Positions 27,039 to 38,100 of a stretch of DNA of 64,000 nt are shown one piece after another. Position 1 is the stretch's first letter. Each line of letters opens with the position of its first letter. The DNA is taken from positions 1,364,001-1,428,000 of the forward strand of contig LSRY02000020.1 in assembly GCA_001643675.2 (NCBI GenBank), written 5' to 3'. The notes below the pieces were generated by a model that saw only the letters and a list, made by a program, of their open reading frames with translations, did not search any database and was not told where the DNA came from. The translations under genes were made by a program, and so were the position numbers. The stretch comes from Monocercomonoides exilis PA203. Its lineage: Eukaryota > Protista > Preaxostyla.

Positions 27039-27347
27039 TTCTTTTTCCTCTTTTTCTGTTTCTATTCATTTTCTTTTCTTTTTCATCTTTAACCTTTTTC
27101 TTTTCCCTTCTTTCCCTCCTTTTCCCTTTTATTCCAAGTTTCTTTCTTTTGACACTCTCTTTACTTTTCCTTTTTTAAAAATTTTTATCATTTCATTTTG
27201 TTGATTGAAAATTAATCTCTCTTTGTTGGCTTTTATTTTTGTAAAATTTAATTTAATTTTTTAGCTAAAAAATATTTATTGAAAAAATTATTTACCTTTG
27301 TTATTTGATCATATTCCAGGATAAATGATAAAAATCAACATTTTTCA

Positions 27348-29029
27348 TCATTTATCATCCCATTCAAATGATATCAATCCAAGTTTTCCAACTCCAACTT
27401 TTGATCTTCCCCCAGCAAATCCTAAGTCAAGTGTGCTTAAAAGTGTTGTTAGATAATCAAAGATAGAATGAGCAATTAGATTTGGAAGCATCAAAAAATA
27501 AAATAAAATTCATACACTGGAGACCATCCAACGTAACTCACTGGAACTTCTACAGGAACTGATATCAACGAATGCCCTGTGATTGCATTGCACTATTCAA
27601 AAATAGGTGGAAAAGTTTTCATTAAAAAGCAGAATTGAAATGAAAAAATAATTTTTGCAATGAGAAAATTTCAATTGAAATTTCTAAAGTAAACTGAAAT
27701 GAATTAAAAAGTTCCAGACCACTTCCACAGTGCATTCGCCTTCTCCACAATATGCAATCAAAGATCCATCATAGCTTAGAGAAACACATGCAATCGGTGA
27801 GCTTAAAAAATTTGAGAAAATCAATAAGAAAAATTCATTTCCAAAGAAATATGAAGGCAATAGATGTAATTAATGCTACAAATATGCGAATATTCACACT
27901 CAAGTCTCGATATAACAGTTATGCACAAAAGGGTTGCCAGATCCCACACAACTACACAACCATCACTTCCTCCTGTAACGAGTAATCCCTTTTTCACAAG
28001 TTGTGTGGAGCTTTTACGATGTGTACTTGAAGCAGCTGAAGATGAGGAAGAAGCCGAAGAATCAGAAGTTGTGGTGGAAGATGCTGAAGTGGAAGAAGAT
28101 GGTTGTGAAGTGGATGAAGTGGAGGAGGCGGATGCAGTAGATGATGCACTCGGAGTTTCAACTGTTGAATTTCTTGGTGGAATGAATGTTGGATTAAATA
28201 CTGAAATTGACATAACATTTCCTGCATGTGCCGGAAACGAATGGAGCTAACAGTAGGCATTTTGAAGTTTTAAAGTATGCATTTAAAAAAGAACAAAGAT
28301 AACTTTAAGAATGTTCAAACCAGTTGAAATTCTGGGAATGAGTATATTTCAATGCAACCTTTCTCATTTCCGCAAATCAATCGATCAACTTGACAAAATC
28401 GCGCAGTTGTAATTAATGATGATACAGATTTTTCAGAAGTTACAGTTCCTGTACGCCTGGAAATACATTGAATTAAATATCCATCCTTTTGGTGAAATTA
28501 ATAATGAAGTGTACGTCGAAGCATAAACAACACAAATCAAGATATTCATTTCGATATTGAACATAGCATAAAAAATGTCTCGACAAACTTCATTGTAATT
28601 AGAAATTATAACTGAATCTCCATCAGCCGAAAAGCAAAGGATGGATCCTGCTCCAAGAGGAAGCGAGCATAACTTCTTTGATTTCCCTTTGGTGTACTCG
28701 ACCATTACGAGGTTTTTTTTGGAGTGAGTTAGCAAAAGAGGTTCTGTTGGATGAAACATAACCTTTCCAGTTCCTTCGATTTGAAATTTCGAATGCGCTT
28801 CATTACTTTGAACATTAAACAAACGAATCCCAGAACTGCCATAAGATGTAATAGAATCAAAACGCTCTGAAAGGGAACCAGCAAGGTATTTCCCGTCAGG
28901 GCTCCAATCAAGTGAAGAAACACTTTCACGCAAAGAAAAAAATACTCTGACAAATGGAAGACCATGTTCAGCAATAACTGATTTTGAGCTTATAGAAGAA
29001 GAAGTGGAATGCGAATATTGCTGAATCAT
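27348..29029 (-). CDS. THOC3: WD40-repeat protein, THO/TREX complex subunit 3 (THOC3/Tex1)-like. Exons 29029-28515, 28456-28321, 28246-27900, 27801-27720, 27592-27516, 27435-27348 (~414 aa; possible extra intron 28588-28538).
   Basis: Manual splicing at five GT..AG introns keeps frame to TGA at 27350-27348. The motifs GNEKGCIEIYSFPEFQLLHSFPAH, TGGSDGCVVVWDLATLLCITVISRLDSPIACVSLSYDG and VGWSP follow THOC3 segments as I recall them (NGNGCINILSYPEL..AH; GSADALVSLWD..SRLDWPVRTLSFSHDG). Confidence 0.8.
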
Positions 29030-29309
29030 TGACTTTTAAAAACTCTTTTTCACAACCAAATTCACAAAAAAATAAAATGGTTATCTTTTTCGATCTATTT
29101 TTAATTGTTGAAGAAATGACTCTTGTTCCAAAATTTAAATAGAATTAAACAATTTGAAATACTAAATTACATTATAGTTTGTACGATGCGTTTGCATTTT
29201 GTTTGTTGGAAACGTTATTTTGTTATCATATCAAAATTTGATATTAACTGTACTCAGAACTGCTTTACAGTAAATTGATCAATTTGCTTGTTGTAATTAT
29301 TACTTAAAG
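29030..29309. promoter_or_regulatory. Putative bidirectional promoter region (280 bp) between the THOC3-like and oxidoreductase genes
   Basis: Short AT-rich gap between divergent start codons; no specific motif identified. Confidence 0.4.
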
Positions 29310-32300
29310 ATGGTTGATTGGGATTCAATTTTTGCGCAAATTGCAAGATGGACCCTTGCAAAAAAATGCCATCTTGTTCGCCGTCCTTCCGATTCAACAA
29401 GAGAAGATGTTTTTGATGTAATTATTATTGGTGGGAGCTTTTCTGGTCTATGTTCAGCTGCAATTTTAGCACAGTTTGGCCTTCATGTTTGCGTTGTTGA
29501 AAGAAATGAAACACTTGGAGGATCACTTGGCAAGGTATTGTTTATTAAAAAGTTTTTATTTGAAAACATTTGCTTTGTGAATGTTACAAATATGTAATTT
29601 GCATCTTTATTGCAGTTTGAGAGAAATGTTCCAGTTGGAACCGGAGAAAAGACAGACGATCTATTCTTTTGCTTTGATCATTCTCCTGTCCCGCTTGAAG
29701 AAAGCGAGTTGCTGAAATTTCTTGATCAAATAAAAACAGAAATTGTTGATCCAGTGCTTTTTAAACCGAAAAATCAAATGTTGGTTTCATACGCTGATAA
29801 CGAATCGTTGAAGCTTGGAGATGATATTGAAGGAAATTTGTTACTCCAGTTTCCTTTAATCCAATCTCAACTTCAATTGTTTTTTAAAGAAATGAAAAAT
29901 TCTTTATCCGTGTGGAATGCTTTTGTGCAGTATGCATTTGAGTAAATTTTTGGATAACTTCTCGAATCTGTATATTTATTATTATTATTTTTTTAATGAA
30001 AAATACAGATCAACAGTGTTGTTTGGATTTAAGATTTTCACTGCTCTTTCAGATGGAATTCCTGCAAATCCAAAAATGATACCAATTCGAGTTTTAAAGC
30101 ATTGGATGGTTTGAATGGAGTTGATGAAAGAGGATAGAAAATAAATAATTTCTTTGTTATAGCTTTTGCATTTCTATTTGTTTCATTAATTTTCATAAAA
30201 CTTTTTATTGAATGAATGAGCACAATTTATATCAACATTTATTTCTTATTTCATATTTCATATTTTTCCATGCAGCTTCCTTGGGAAGAAATGCTGAGAC
30301 ATTATTTTCCACTGAAAGCTGATGACTCTTCCGAAATTGCAAAGCAAAAGGAAGATGCAATAAATGTGTGCAATTATTTTTATCATTAATTCCTTTAAAA
30401 TTTTCGATAAAAAACACTTTTCCCTTGAAACTTCTGAATGCATTGCAATTATGCAATTATTCCACAAAATTAATATTTATTTCATCCAATTTTCTATCTA
30501 TCAATCTTTCTTTCTTTATGAATAAATAATTATTCAAATTAAAGTTCCTGTCTTCTTTTCCAAGTCTCCATTTCCAAACCTCTCCCTCACTTCTTTCAGC
30601 ATTGCAAGGGATGCTCTTCTTGGAAGGATGGATGAAGCAGTTTTACACTTCCAGATTTGGCATCTCTCTTATTTTGGATCGACTAGCCACACTGGTGAGA
30701 GTATGCACTCCAGGCAAAAGTGGAGAAAATTCCAGTGAATTTGAAAGCAACACCGAAAACACAAAAAACGAGAAAGAAGAAAAATTTGATGATAAAAAGG
30801 AAGAAGCTTCGATTCCTCCAAGCTGCTCATCACCTTTCGCATCGGCATCGACAACGAACCAAATATTCGTCTGCTGCGAAGCCAAAAAGATTACTCTTTT
30901 GCCGGCAGACGAGTCCAGGCCAACTGGAGAGAAAAGGGCGATGCGTGTTGAGTGTGTGATGAGGAAGAAGAAAGACCGAATGAAGAAGGAGTCAGAAAGG
31001 AGAGACAGAGCAGAGTGTTTGAATGAGTCTTGTGCGAGGGACAATACTGGGGCAAGTATTAGAGAAGAAGAGAAAACAGAAGATGAATCAGAAGAGCGCA
31101 GAATTTTGTCGAGTTCGTTTGTGATCAGCGCAGTATCACTGCCACAAATGGTGCAACTTGTGGGTGAAGACAACTTCACTCAGAAGTATCTTCGAAGATG
31201 GGGCTGGAAAGCAGAGGATTATCCTCCGCCTTCAGATGTCGTTTCTGCTCCTTTCCCTCCTTCGTCTGCACCGTGCTTCTTGTTTATGGTGGCGAAGTCA
31301 AAGTTTGTGGAAATTTGACAATGAAATTAAAAATGGAGAATTGTTGAAATGTTATGAATGCAATCTTTTTAGCTTTTAATGTTAATGAAAATGCATCTTT
31401 ATTTCCATATTTCTATTAATTTTCAACTTCTTGTTAATCTTTTGTTGTACTGTTATTAACTTTATTTTTTTAAAAAAATAATCATAAATTCTTCATTCAT
31501 TTCTTCGTTACATTGCAACTGTTCATTTACTATCATCAACAAAACATTCTCATCTTTCACATCCTTCTCCATTCGCTTCATTTCCCCCCAGACGATTTGT
31601 TGCCTCTGCCCTTTCATCACACAGCAGCCGTCTTTTCATTGTGAACAGCGACAGAAAGACTTGGATGACTCAGAATCTTTCACTCATCAGAATAACATGC
31701 CCTGAGCTGGCTGAAGAACAGGCACCGGATCCAATTGAAAAGGAGAGAGAAAGAGGAAGAGATGAAGGAGATGAAGAAAGAAATGAAAAAGAAGTTAAAA
31801 CAGAGGAAGAAGAAGAAGAAGAAGATTCTCCTGTTACTTTGGTTGCAACATTCCCATATCCCGAAGGTTTTAAAAAATAAAATATTAATTTTTTGTCTAT
31901 GCTTTCTAATTGATGATTTTTATTTGTTTATTTCTTTTCACTGTTATTTATTCAAATGTTCTGCAAAATAGTTCGCTGGACTTTACTTGCACCGCCATCA
32001 ACAGATGAAGATAATTCTGAGACTGCTTCTATGTCATCTTCATCATTATCATCTTCTTCTTCTTCTCGTCCTTCTTCGTATGTCTCAATGAAACAAAAGA
32101 TGATTGAAGATGCGTTGACTGTTCTGGATAAGCTGATACCAAATTTCAGAAGCAACATTACTTTCGTTGAAGGTGCAACTGCTGCAACAATAAGAAAGTG
32201 TGGCTATTTTTTTTAAATATTTCGCTTTTTCAATGGAAATCTCTTTGTTTTAAATTTATCTTTGATTTTTGTGAAACATTTGTGGTATTTATACCACTTC

Positions 32301-33064
32301 TGTTATCCATACTTCTTGATTTCAACAAAAAAATTTTTAAATCTCACAAAAAAAAATAATTTTTCTATCTTTCTTTTTCATTTTTTCAAAGATACACGCA
32401 ATCTCCTTCGGGGAGCCACATTGGCTTTCGTACCATCCCTGCATGCTCTGCTGTATTTCGAGCTCCGATTGAAACTCCAATCAGTGGGTTGCTTTGTATT
32501 GGAAATTGGACACAGGTGTGCTTGTGGTGGAAAAGGGCAAAATTCAAAGGTGAAAAGTACATTTTGATTACAACTTTGCGTTGTATTTTTTTATAAGAAA
32601 AGAAATAAATTGTTTCGTTTTCTCTTCCATTTCATTTTGTTTTCATTTCTTTTTTTTCTTTTCTTATTATTCATATTTCTACTTCATTCAAATTATTACA
32701 ATTTTCATGTGAATTTGATTTGCTTTGGAACTATTTCCCTTTATTTTGGCAACAGCCTGGCGGAGGCACTGGCCCTAGTGCTCTTTCTTCGCTTTTATCA
32801 GCTGTGTCAATATTCCACTCATTTTCTCGGATTATTCCTCTTCCTCCGCTCATAAGCAGTGCGTCTCCGTTGGATTCGTTACGGCTGCCCCCTCTTCTGC
32901 CTTCAGCTTCAACAAGAACTGCTTTGCATTCTGTTCAGTACTCCTATCAGCCTCCTCCACTTGTCAGGGCTTTTTTGCTGTCACAAAAATCCAATCAGAA
33001 AAAAGAGGCAAAGAAAAATGTTTCAAATACAATTTCGACTCTAATTAAGAAAGTTATTTTGTGA
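29310..33064 (+). CDS. FAD/NAD(P)-dependent oxidoreductase, phytoene dehydrogenase / retinol saturase-like (COG1233). Exons 29310-29534, 29616-29941, 30009-30108, 30276-30365, 30545-31302, 31592-31866, 31972-32197, 32392-32515, 32756-33064 (~810 aa).
   Basis: N-terminal Rossmann motif DVIIIGGSFSGLCSAAILAQFGLHVCVVERNETLGGS. The C-terminal family signature is rebuilt across exons: IPNFRSNITFVEGATAATIRKYTQSPSG...IETPISGLLCIGNWTQPGGG. Eight GT..AG introns with consistent phases, total 2433 nt. Confidence 0.82.
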
Positions 33065-33964
33065 TTTGAGACTTTATTATTATGCTAATTATAATTATTT
33101 GTGTTTAATTGCTTTTGATTTTATTCTGAAAAATTGTGACCAATTCATGGCTATATATCATTGGGAAGTTTGCTTGTATTTTCAAAAATAAAGGAGGAAT
33201 GCAAACAGCCATGTCGCTATTTTTAATTGCAGATTTTTGTCTGCTTTGTTTAATTTTTGAGTTCTCTCAAATGCACCAAATAGTAATTTTGCTTATTGTG
33301 AATGTATCTGTTGATTACATTCAGAAATTTTATTTTATTTTTTTTTTTCTTTGCGCTTCACCGCTATTTTTTAAAATTGTAAAGATTGATTATTTTTTTC
33401 TTCTTAATTTGACAATGTTTCATAGCCATATATTTAATGGAAAGTTTATTATCACAATCAAAAGAAAAGAACTACGAATTATGTCGTTTGATTATTAATT
33501 TTTGTAAAATTTCTTGTGAAACGTTCTTGCTTAAAATTTTTGATTACAAAAAAAAAAAAAAAAAGAAAGATAGAAAGAATAAAGAAAGAAAAGAAAATCA
33601 TTTTAAAAAATAAACCTGTGACACCTCTACAATATAATTTTGTTTTAATGAACATTGCTATCAGTTTTTTTCTGAAGTGTTTGCCTTTCTTTCATCTTGA
33701 AGTTGAACTTCATGGCTTTCGAATCCGAAAATCAAAATGCCTAACTCAACGACCAATATGACACTTTTTATGCCTTCAAAATTATTGAGAACATAACGAA
33801 GTTTATGACACAAATATTTAAATTTAGCACAAATTGTTTTTTCAAAACATGTCAATAAAGAAATGCGAGAATTGTTCGCAATTTGTTAAATTTCCCTAAA
33901 GAAGTGAAAAATGCTTCAGAATTGTTTAACAAATTTCGCTTTGAGTGAATAATAATTAAAACAT

Positions 33965-34834
33965 TTAAGCCCATGTTGGACCATCCCATCCAGCAGCACC
34001 AGCAGCTGGAGCATCACCTGCAACATCAGCCCAGCTCTGTCCAGCAGCTTCAGTTGAAGCTGGAGCCCAAGAAGCAGCTGAAGCCTCTTTCTCAACTGCC
34101 TGGATTGCCTTCTGTTCCTCTTCTGGAATTTCTTCCTTCCTTCTGTCGTGAGCACCTTCTGCGACGGCTGGTGCCTCTTCCTCGATTTCATCAGCATCTT
34201 CTTCTTCCTTCTTTCTATCAACTGTCTCTCTGTAGAAGAAGAGATCGGGCATCACATCCCAGTGCTTTTTGTATGAAAGGGTTCCACGGATGCGAAGAAC
34301 TTCACGTGCAAGCAACCAGTAGATGATACCAATTTGCTTGATTCCCTTGTTGTTTGCTGGGATTGCAACATCGATGAAGCGCAATGGAGAATCAGAATCG
34401 CAAATTGCAATAACAGGGATGTTCACATAAGAAGATTCGATGATTGGTTGGTGATCTGTGATTGGGTCTGTGACAACCAACAGACGGGGTTCGATAAATC
34501 TTTTTTGGATCTGGTTGGTGAATGTACCTGGTGTGTATCTGGTGGCGAGAGCTGTGCATCCTGTGTATTTAGCGAATTTAAGAACAGCACGTTGACCATA
34601 GTTTCTGCCAGAAACAACGCAGACATCAGCTGGGTTCTCAATTCCGCAAATGATGCGAGCAGCAAGACGGATCTTTTCCATTGTCATTTTTGGGTTGAAG
34701 ATATGAACACCCTCTGGGCTACGGGCGTACACATATGGAGTCATGTGTGTTGTAATTTTCTTGCATCCAATGTGTGCTTGGCACGCAAGAAGCATACGAA
34801 CATCTTCTTCTTCAGGGGTGATTTTTGTTGTCAT
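33965..34834 (-). CDS. RPSA: 40S ribosomal protein uS2 (SA/p40), 289 aa, intronless CDS
   Basis: Diagnostic uS2 motifs: [105 protein letters not shown], and an acidic Ala/Trp tail. Confidence 0.98.
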   Translation of the reverse strand: MTTKITPEEEDVRMLLACQAHIGCKKITTHMTPYVYARSPEGVHIFNPKMTMEKIRLAARIICGIENPADVCVVSGRNYGQRAVLKFAKYTGCTALATRYTPGTFTNQIQKRFIEPRLLVVTDPITDHQPIIESSYVNIPVIAICDSDSPLRFIDVAIPANNKGIKQIGIIYWLLAREVLRIRGTLSYKKHWDVMPDLFFYRETVDRKKEEEDADEIEEEAPAVAEGAHDRRKEEIPEEEQKAIQAVEKEASAASWAPASTEAAGQSWADVAGDAPAAGAAGWDGPTWA

Positions 34835-35190
34835 CTATTTCGGAGTTTTGCATAAAATCAAATTTCATAATACATTAAATTGAAATAAAATTTATAAAAC
34901 AATGATTAAATCAAATTCCTCTTCGAAATAATAAGCATTTATCAAACTTTCAGAAATCTTAATTCCCTAAATGCCTCTGTCCCATATTTCTCTTTGTCTC
35001 AAATAATTGTATACTAAAGGTTTGTTCCACAGAGTCTTTTACGATTTTTTTTATGCTTTTTATAAAATCTTATTTTCCTTTTTTCGAATTCATATAATTT
35101 TTCTCATAAAAATATTTTTTACGCCCTTGGTAACTGATCGACAGTTATTTGAGATCTTCCGGACAATATTTTATTGGGGCACAAAAAGTT
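34835..35190. promoter_or_regulatory. Putative bidirectional promoter region (356 bp) between RPSA and the PUF gene
   Basis: Short AT-rich gap between divergent start codons; no specific motif identified. Confidence 0.4.
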
Positions 35191-38100
35191 ATGACAGAAA
35201 TCGCTCAGTCAGATGTGAAGTTTAATTCACCAACTATTTCTGCATCGGCTTCAATTACTTCCGTGCAATCTCCGTCAATTATGCAGTTTTCTCAAAACCA
35301 AACAACTCAGGCTCTTTTTCAATCACTCCCCGGAACTCCATCTGTAGGTTCAGTTACAACTCAACAACCTTCATTTTTTTCACCGAATGCTCCTTCTAAT
35401 CTCGTCGCTCTTGTCTATCCATCTCCATCAATTGATCCAAATACATCTCCATCTTCAAGTTCACTATTTGTCCCATCTTCTCAAGCCCCTCAATTTCAAA
35501 GTGCAGCCGGAATATACACATCCCCATCGGGAATTCAATCTCTTTCTCTGCCTTTCTCGATTCAGCAAATCACACAGGCTGCGTCTACCAATCAGGCCAC
35601 AACAATATTAAATCAATATGCCACTTCACCTTCACTAACATTTTCTCCGCTTTTTCAGCAGAATATGGATGCTTCAAGTGACAATAAGTCCCCATCTGCA
35701 TTTTCTTATCCTATCATTTCATCAACAAATTCAATTAATCAAGGAGATGGCTTGAATAATCAATCTTTGATTTCTCCGCAAATGCAAAATATTCAGCAAT
35801 CATCTTTGCAGCTTCCAGTTGATTTAACATCAACAACAAATTTGTCGTCGCCCATGACTTCTTCATTAATTGCTGCACTTCCGCAACCCCAGCAAATTGC
35901 AGATTCAAAGATTGAAGACTACGCAGCTTGTCTAAATAAGCTCTTTCCGCAGCAGCTGTCGACAGCGCAAGGAACCGTTACTGCCAACAGCATGTCTCCA
36001 GCGACGCTGGCATTCACGTCTAGTCAGCCTTCAATGGGAACCTCTCAGCTTCTCCCGCTTTCATCTGCTGCTTATCCGGGATTCTCTTCGCCTTCTGGAT
36101 TGTCTTTCTGCCCAGGCGTCCCATCACTTCAGATACCTTATCCTATGACTTTCCCGCTTCCTCTGCCTCAATCACCATTTGCTGGCGATACTGATATTTC
36201 ATCTCCTTCTTCTTCTTCTTCAACAAATAAGCAGTCTTCATTAGATTCTGCAAACACCTCAAGAGAACAAGGTCAACATCAGCAACAAGATCAACTGCCC
36301 GAAAGTGCTTCTAATTTACAGGATTCTCAAACATCATCATCATCATCTTCTTCTTCTTCTTCATTTTCGTCTTCTCCTTCGATTTCTGCTGTGTCTTCGT
36401 CGTCTCCTTCACCTTCTCCCCTCTCTCGCTCTTCAACAGACCAGATACAGACAGAAAAAGCAGAAGGCGCTGTATATGCAGACACCTCCACTTCACAGTC
36501 ATCATCATCATCTTCTTCTTCTTCGGATCCTTCCTCTTCAGGAACTTCTTCTTCTTCAGGAACTTCTTCTTCCTCTTCTTCTGATGACGATGCCACTACA
36601 AAATCATCAGCCTCTTCTTCTTCTTCTAACTCTTCCAATGATCATCCAACAAGCACACAGAAATCTTCCCTTTCTGCCTCAACAACACCGTTTGTGCCTG
36701 GACGCTTCAGCGAAGATGCAACATCTGCCTCTTTCTCCAACAATTCTGTTGAGTCTAAGCGATTAAATGCTCTTTTCTGTGCCTTTCCCAATTTATCTTC
36801 TTCTGATTCTGATCCTTCTACTGCTTCTTCTGCTGTTGCTTCTTTGTCTTTTTCTTCTTCTCCTCCAACTTCTTCTTCTTCTTCTTCTTCTTCTTCCACT
36901 TCTAAAGCTAATACAAAATCTAATGCTCCTTCTGATAATATTCCAGCCTCAGCCTTCCCTCTTCCCCTGCCAGATGGTTTTAATCAAAGCCAAAGCAATT
37001 TCACAGCAAAGTTCACTCAAACTTCTTCTCTCAATGAAGATTCTTCTGCTTCCTCCTCTTCCTCCTCTTCCTCCTCTTCTTCTTCTACCTCTGCTGGTAC
37101 CACTCTTCCTGCATCATCAACTACTTCTTCATCTGCTCCTTCTGTTCCTTCTGTTCCTTCTGCCTCTTCTTCAATGCCACGTGAAAAATTGCTGTCTCTG
37201 TTGATGTCTGATGACGAGGCTGTTGTCAGAAGGGCTCATTTGATCTTTGCCACCTCTGAACAAGGAAAGATTATGCACCCCTCAGAATTTGCTATGAATT
37301 CTGCTTCAAATCCTTCTTCTTCATCTTCATCTTCTAATTCTTCCTCTAATCCTTCTTCTTCTTCTTCTTCTTCTTCTTCTTCTTCTTCTTCTTCATTTCC
37401 ATCTGACATGCCATTTCCAGCCACCAATGAAGAGCCATCGATGTATTCTAAGAGTAGCAATGCGACTTCACAGGAGAATTCATCACTGCCTCAGAACATC
37501 ACACAATATGCCATGCAAAAGCAAGCTATTTCAACAGACGCGAATTCAGATAGGAAATTTATGTTTCAAGAAAAAGAAGAAGCATTTTCAACAGCTAATG
37601 ATAAAGACAATGAATTTCATTACAGTCGTGTTAATGAGCATGAATGTATGATGATTGAAGAAAAAAGAGAGAATGGGCACATGAGTACAAGAGTTGCTTC
37701 TTCTTCTTCTTCTTCCAGAGGTGATAAGAAACCAGAGCCGCTTCGTCCGAACTTCCACATTGAGCCAACGAAAGAGCTGATTGACTACTTTCTGTGTGAA
37801 ACAAAAGGACATTATGTTGAGCTGATGAAGCGATACACGTCGAATTACTTGTTCCAGAAAGTGATTGAAAAGGGGGATGTGAATCAACATGTGGCTATTC
37901 TGAAGGAAGTGGGGTTGTTTTTGAGTCAGTTGGCATGTGATTTTTTAGGGACGAGGTGTGTTCAGAGGCTGGTGGAGGCTGTGAAGGATAAGGAATGCCT
38001 GGTGGAGCTATTTATGTTTGGGCTGTCGAGAGGGAAGAGCGAGGAGAAGGAGGAAGGAGAGGAAGGAGGAGGAGAAGAAGGGGATTCTTGTGCTGATAAT

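Larger units (their letters stand above)
1..27150 (+). repeat. Left 5S rDNA tandem array, 21 genes, unit ~1303-1337 bp (spacer class A); continues beyond the window start
   Basis: A near-identical ~1.3 kb unit repeats head-to-tail. Each unit has one 5S gene, a pyrimidine-rich 3' flank with (TTTTTA)n, and a purine-rich upstream flank with (GAAAAA)n, (GAGT)6(GAAT)4 and (GAAA)n. Confidence 0.97.

Noticed and set aside
1-27150. CRISPR-like or transposon interpretation of the regular repeats
   Set aside because: Whole 1.3-kb units including spacers are near-identical, the conserved core is 5S rRNA, the DNA is eukaryotic, and there are no cas, transposase or RT genes, TIRs or TSDs.
284-27178. Repeated ORFs MGKMGKIIKG..., MAVAHTHF..., MCFSLCF..., MRNRKREK... 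in the left array
   Set aside because: They overlap the 5S gene and stop-poor microsatellite DNA, give poly-F/S/L or poly-K translations, and shift frame from copy to copy. They are not protein genes.
31722-31732. GCACCGGATCC match to 5S inside an oxidoreductase exon
   Set aside because: It is only 11 nt, in-frame coding (APDP), with no flanking similarity; most likely chance.
33136-33855. Short ORFs between the oxidoreductase and RPSA
   Set aside because: AT-rich convergent 3' intergenic DNA with F/I/L/K-biased translations and no recognisable motifs.
35149-35190. ORF-track start of the PUF gene at 35149
   Set aside because: It is a TTG; the first in-frame ATG is at 35191, which suits a eukaryotic gene.
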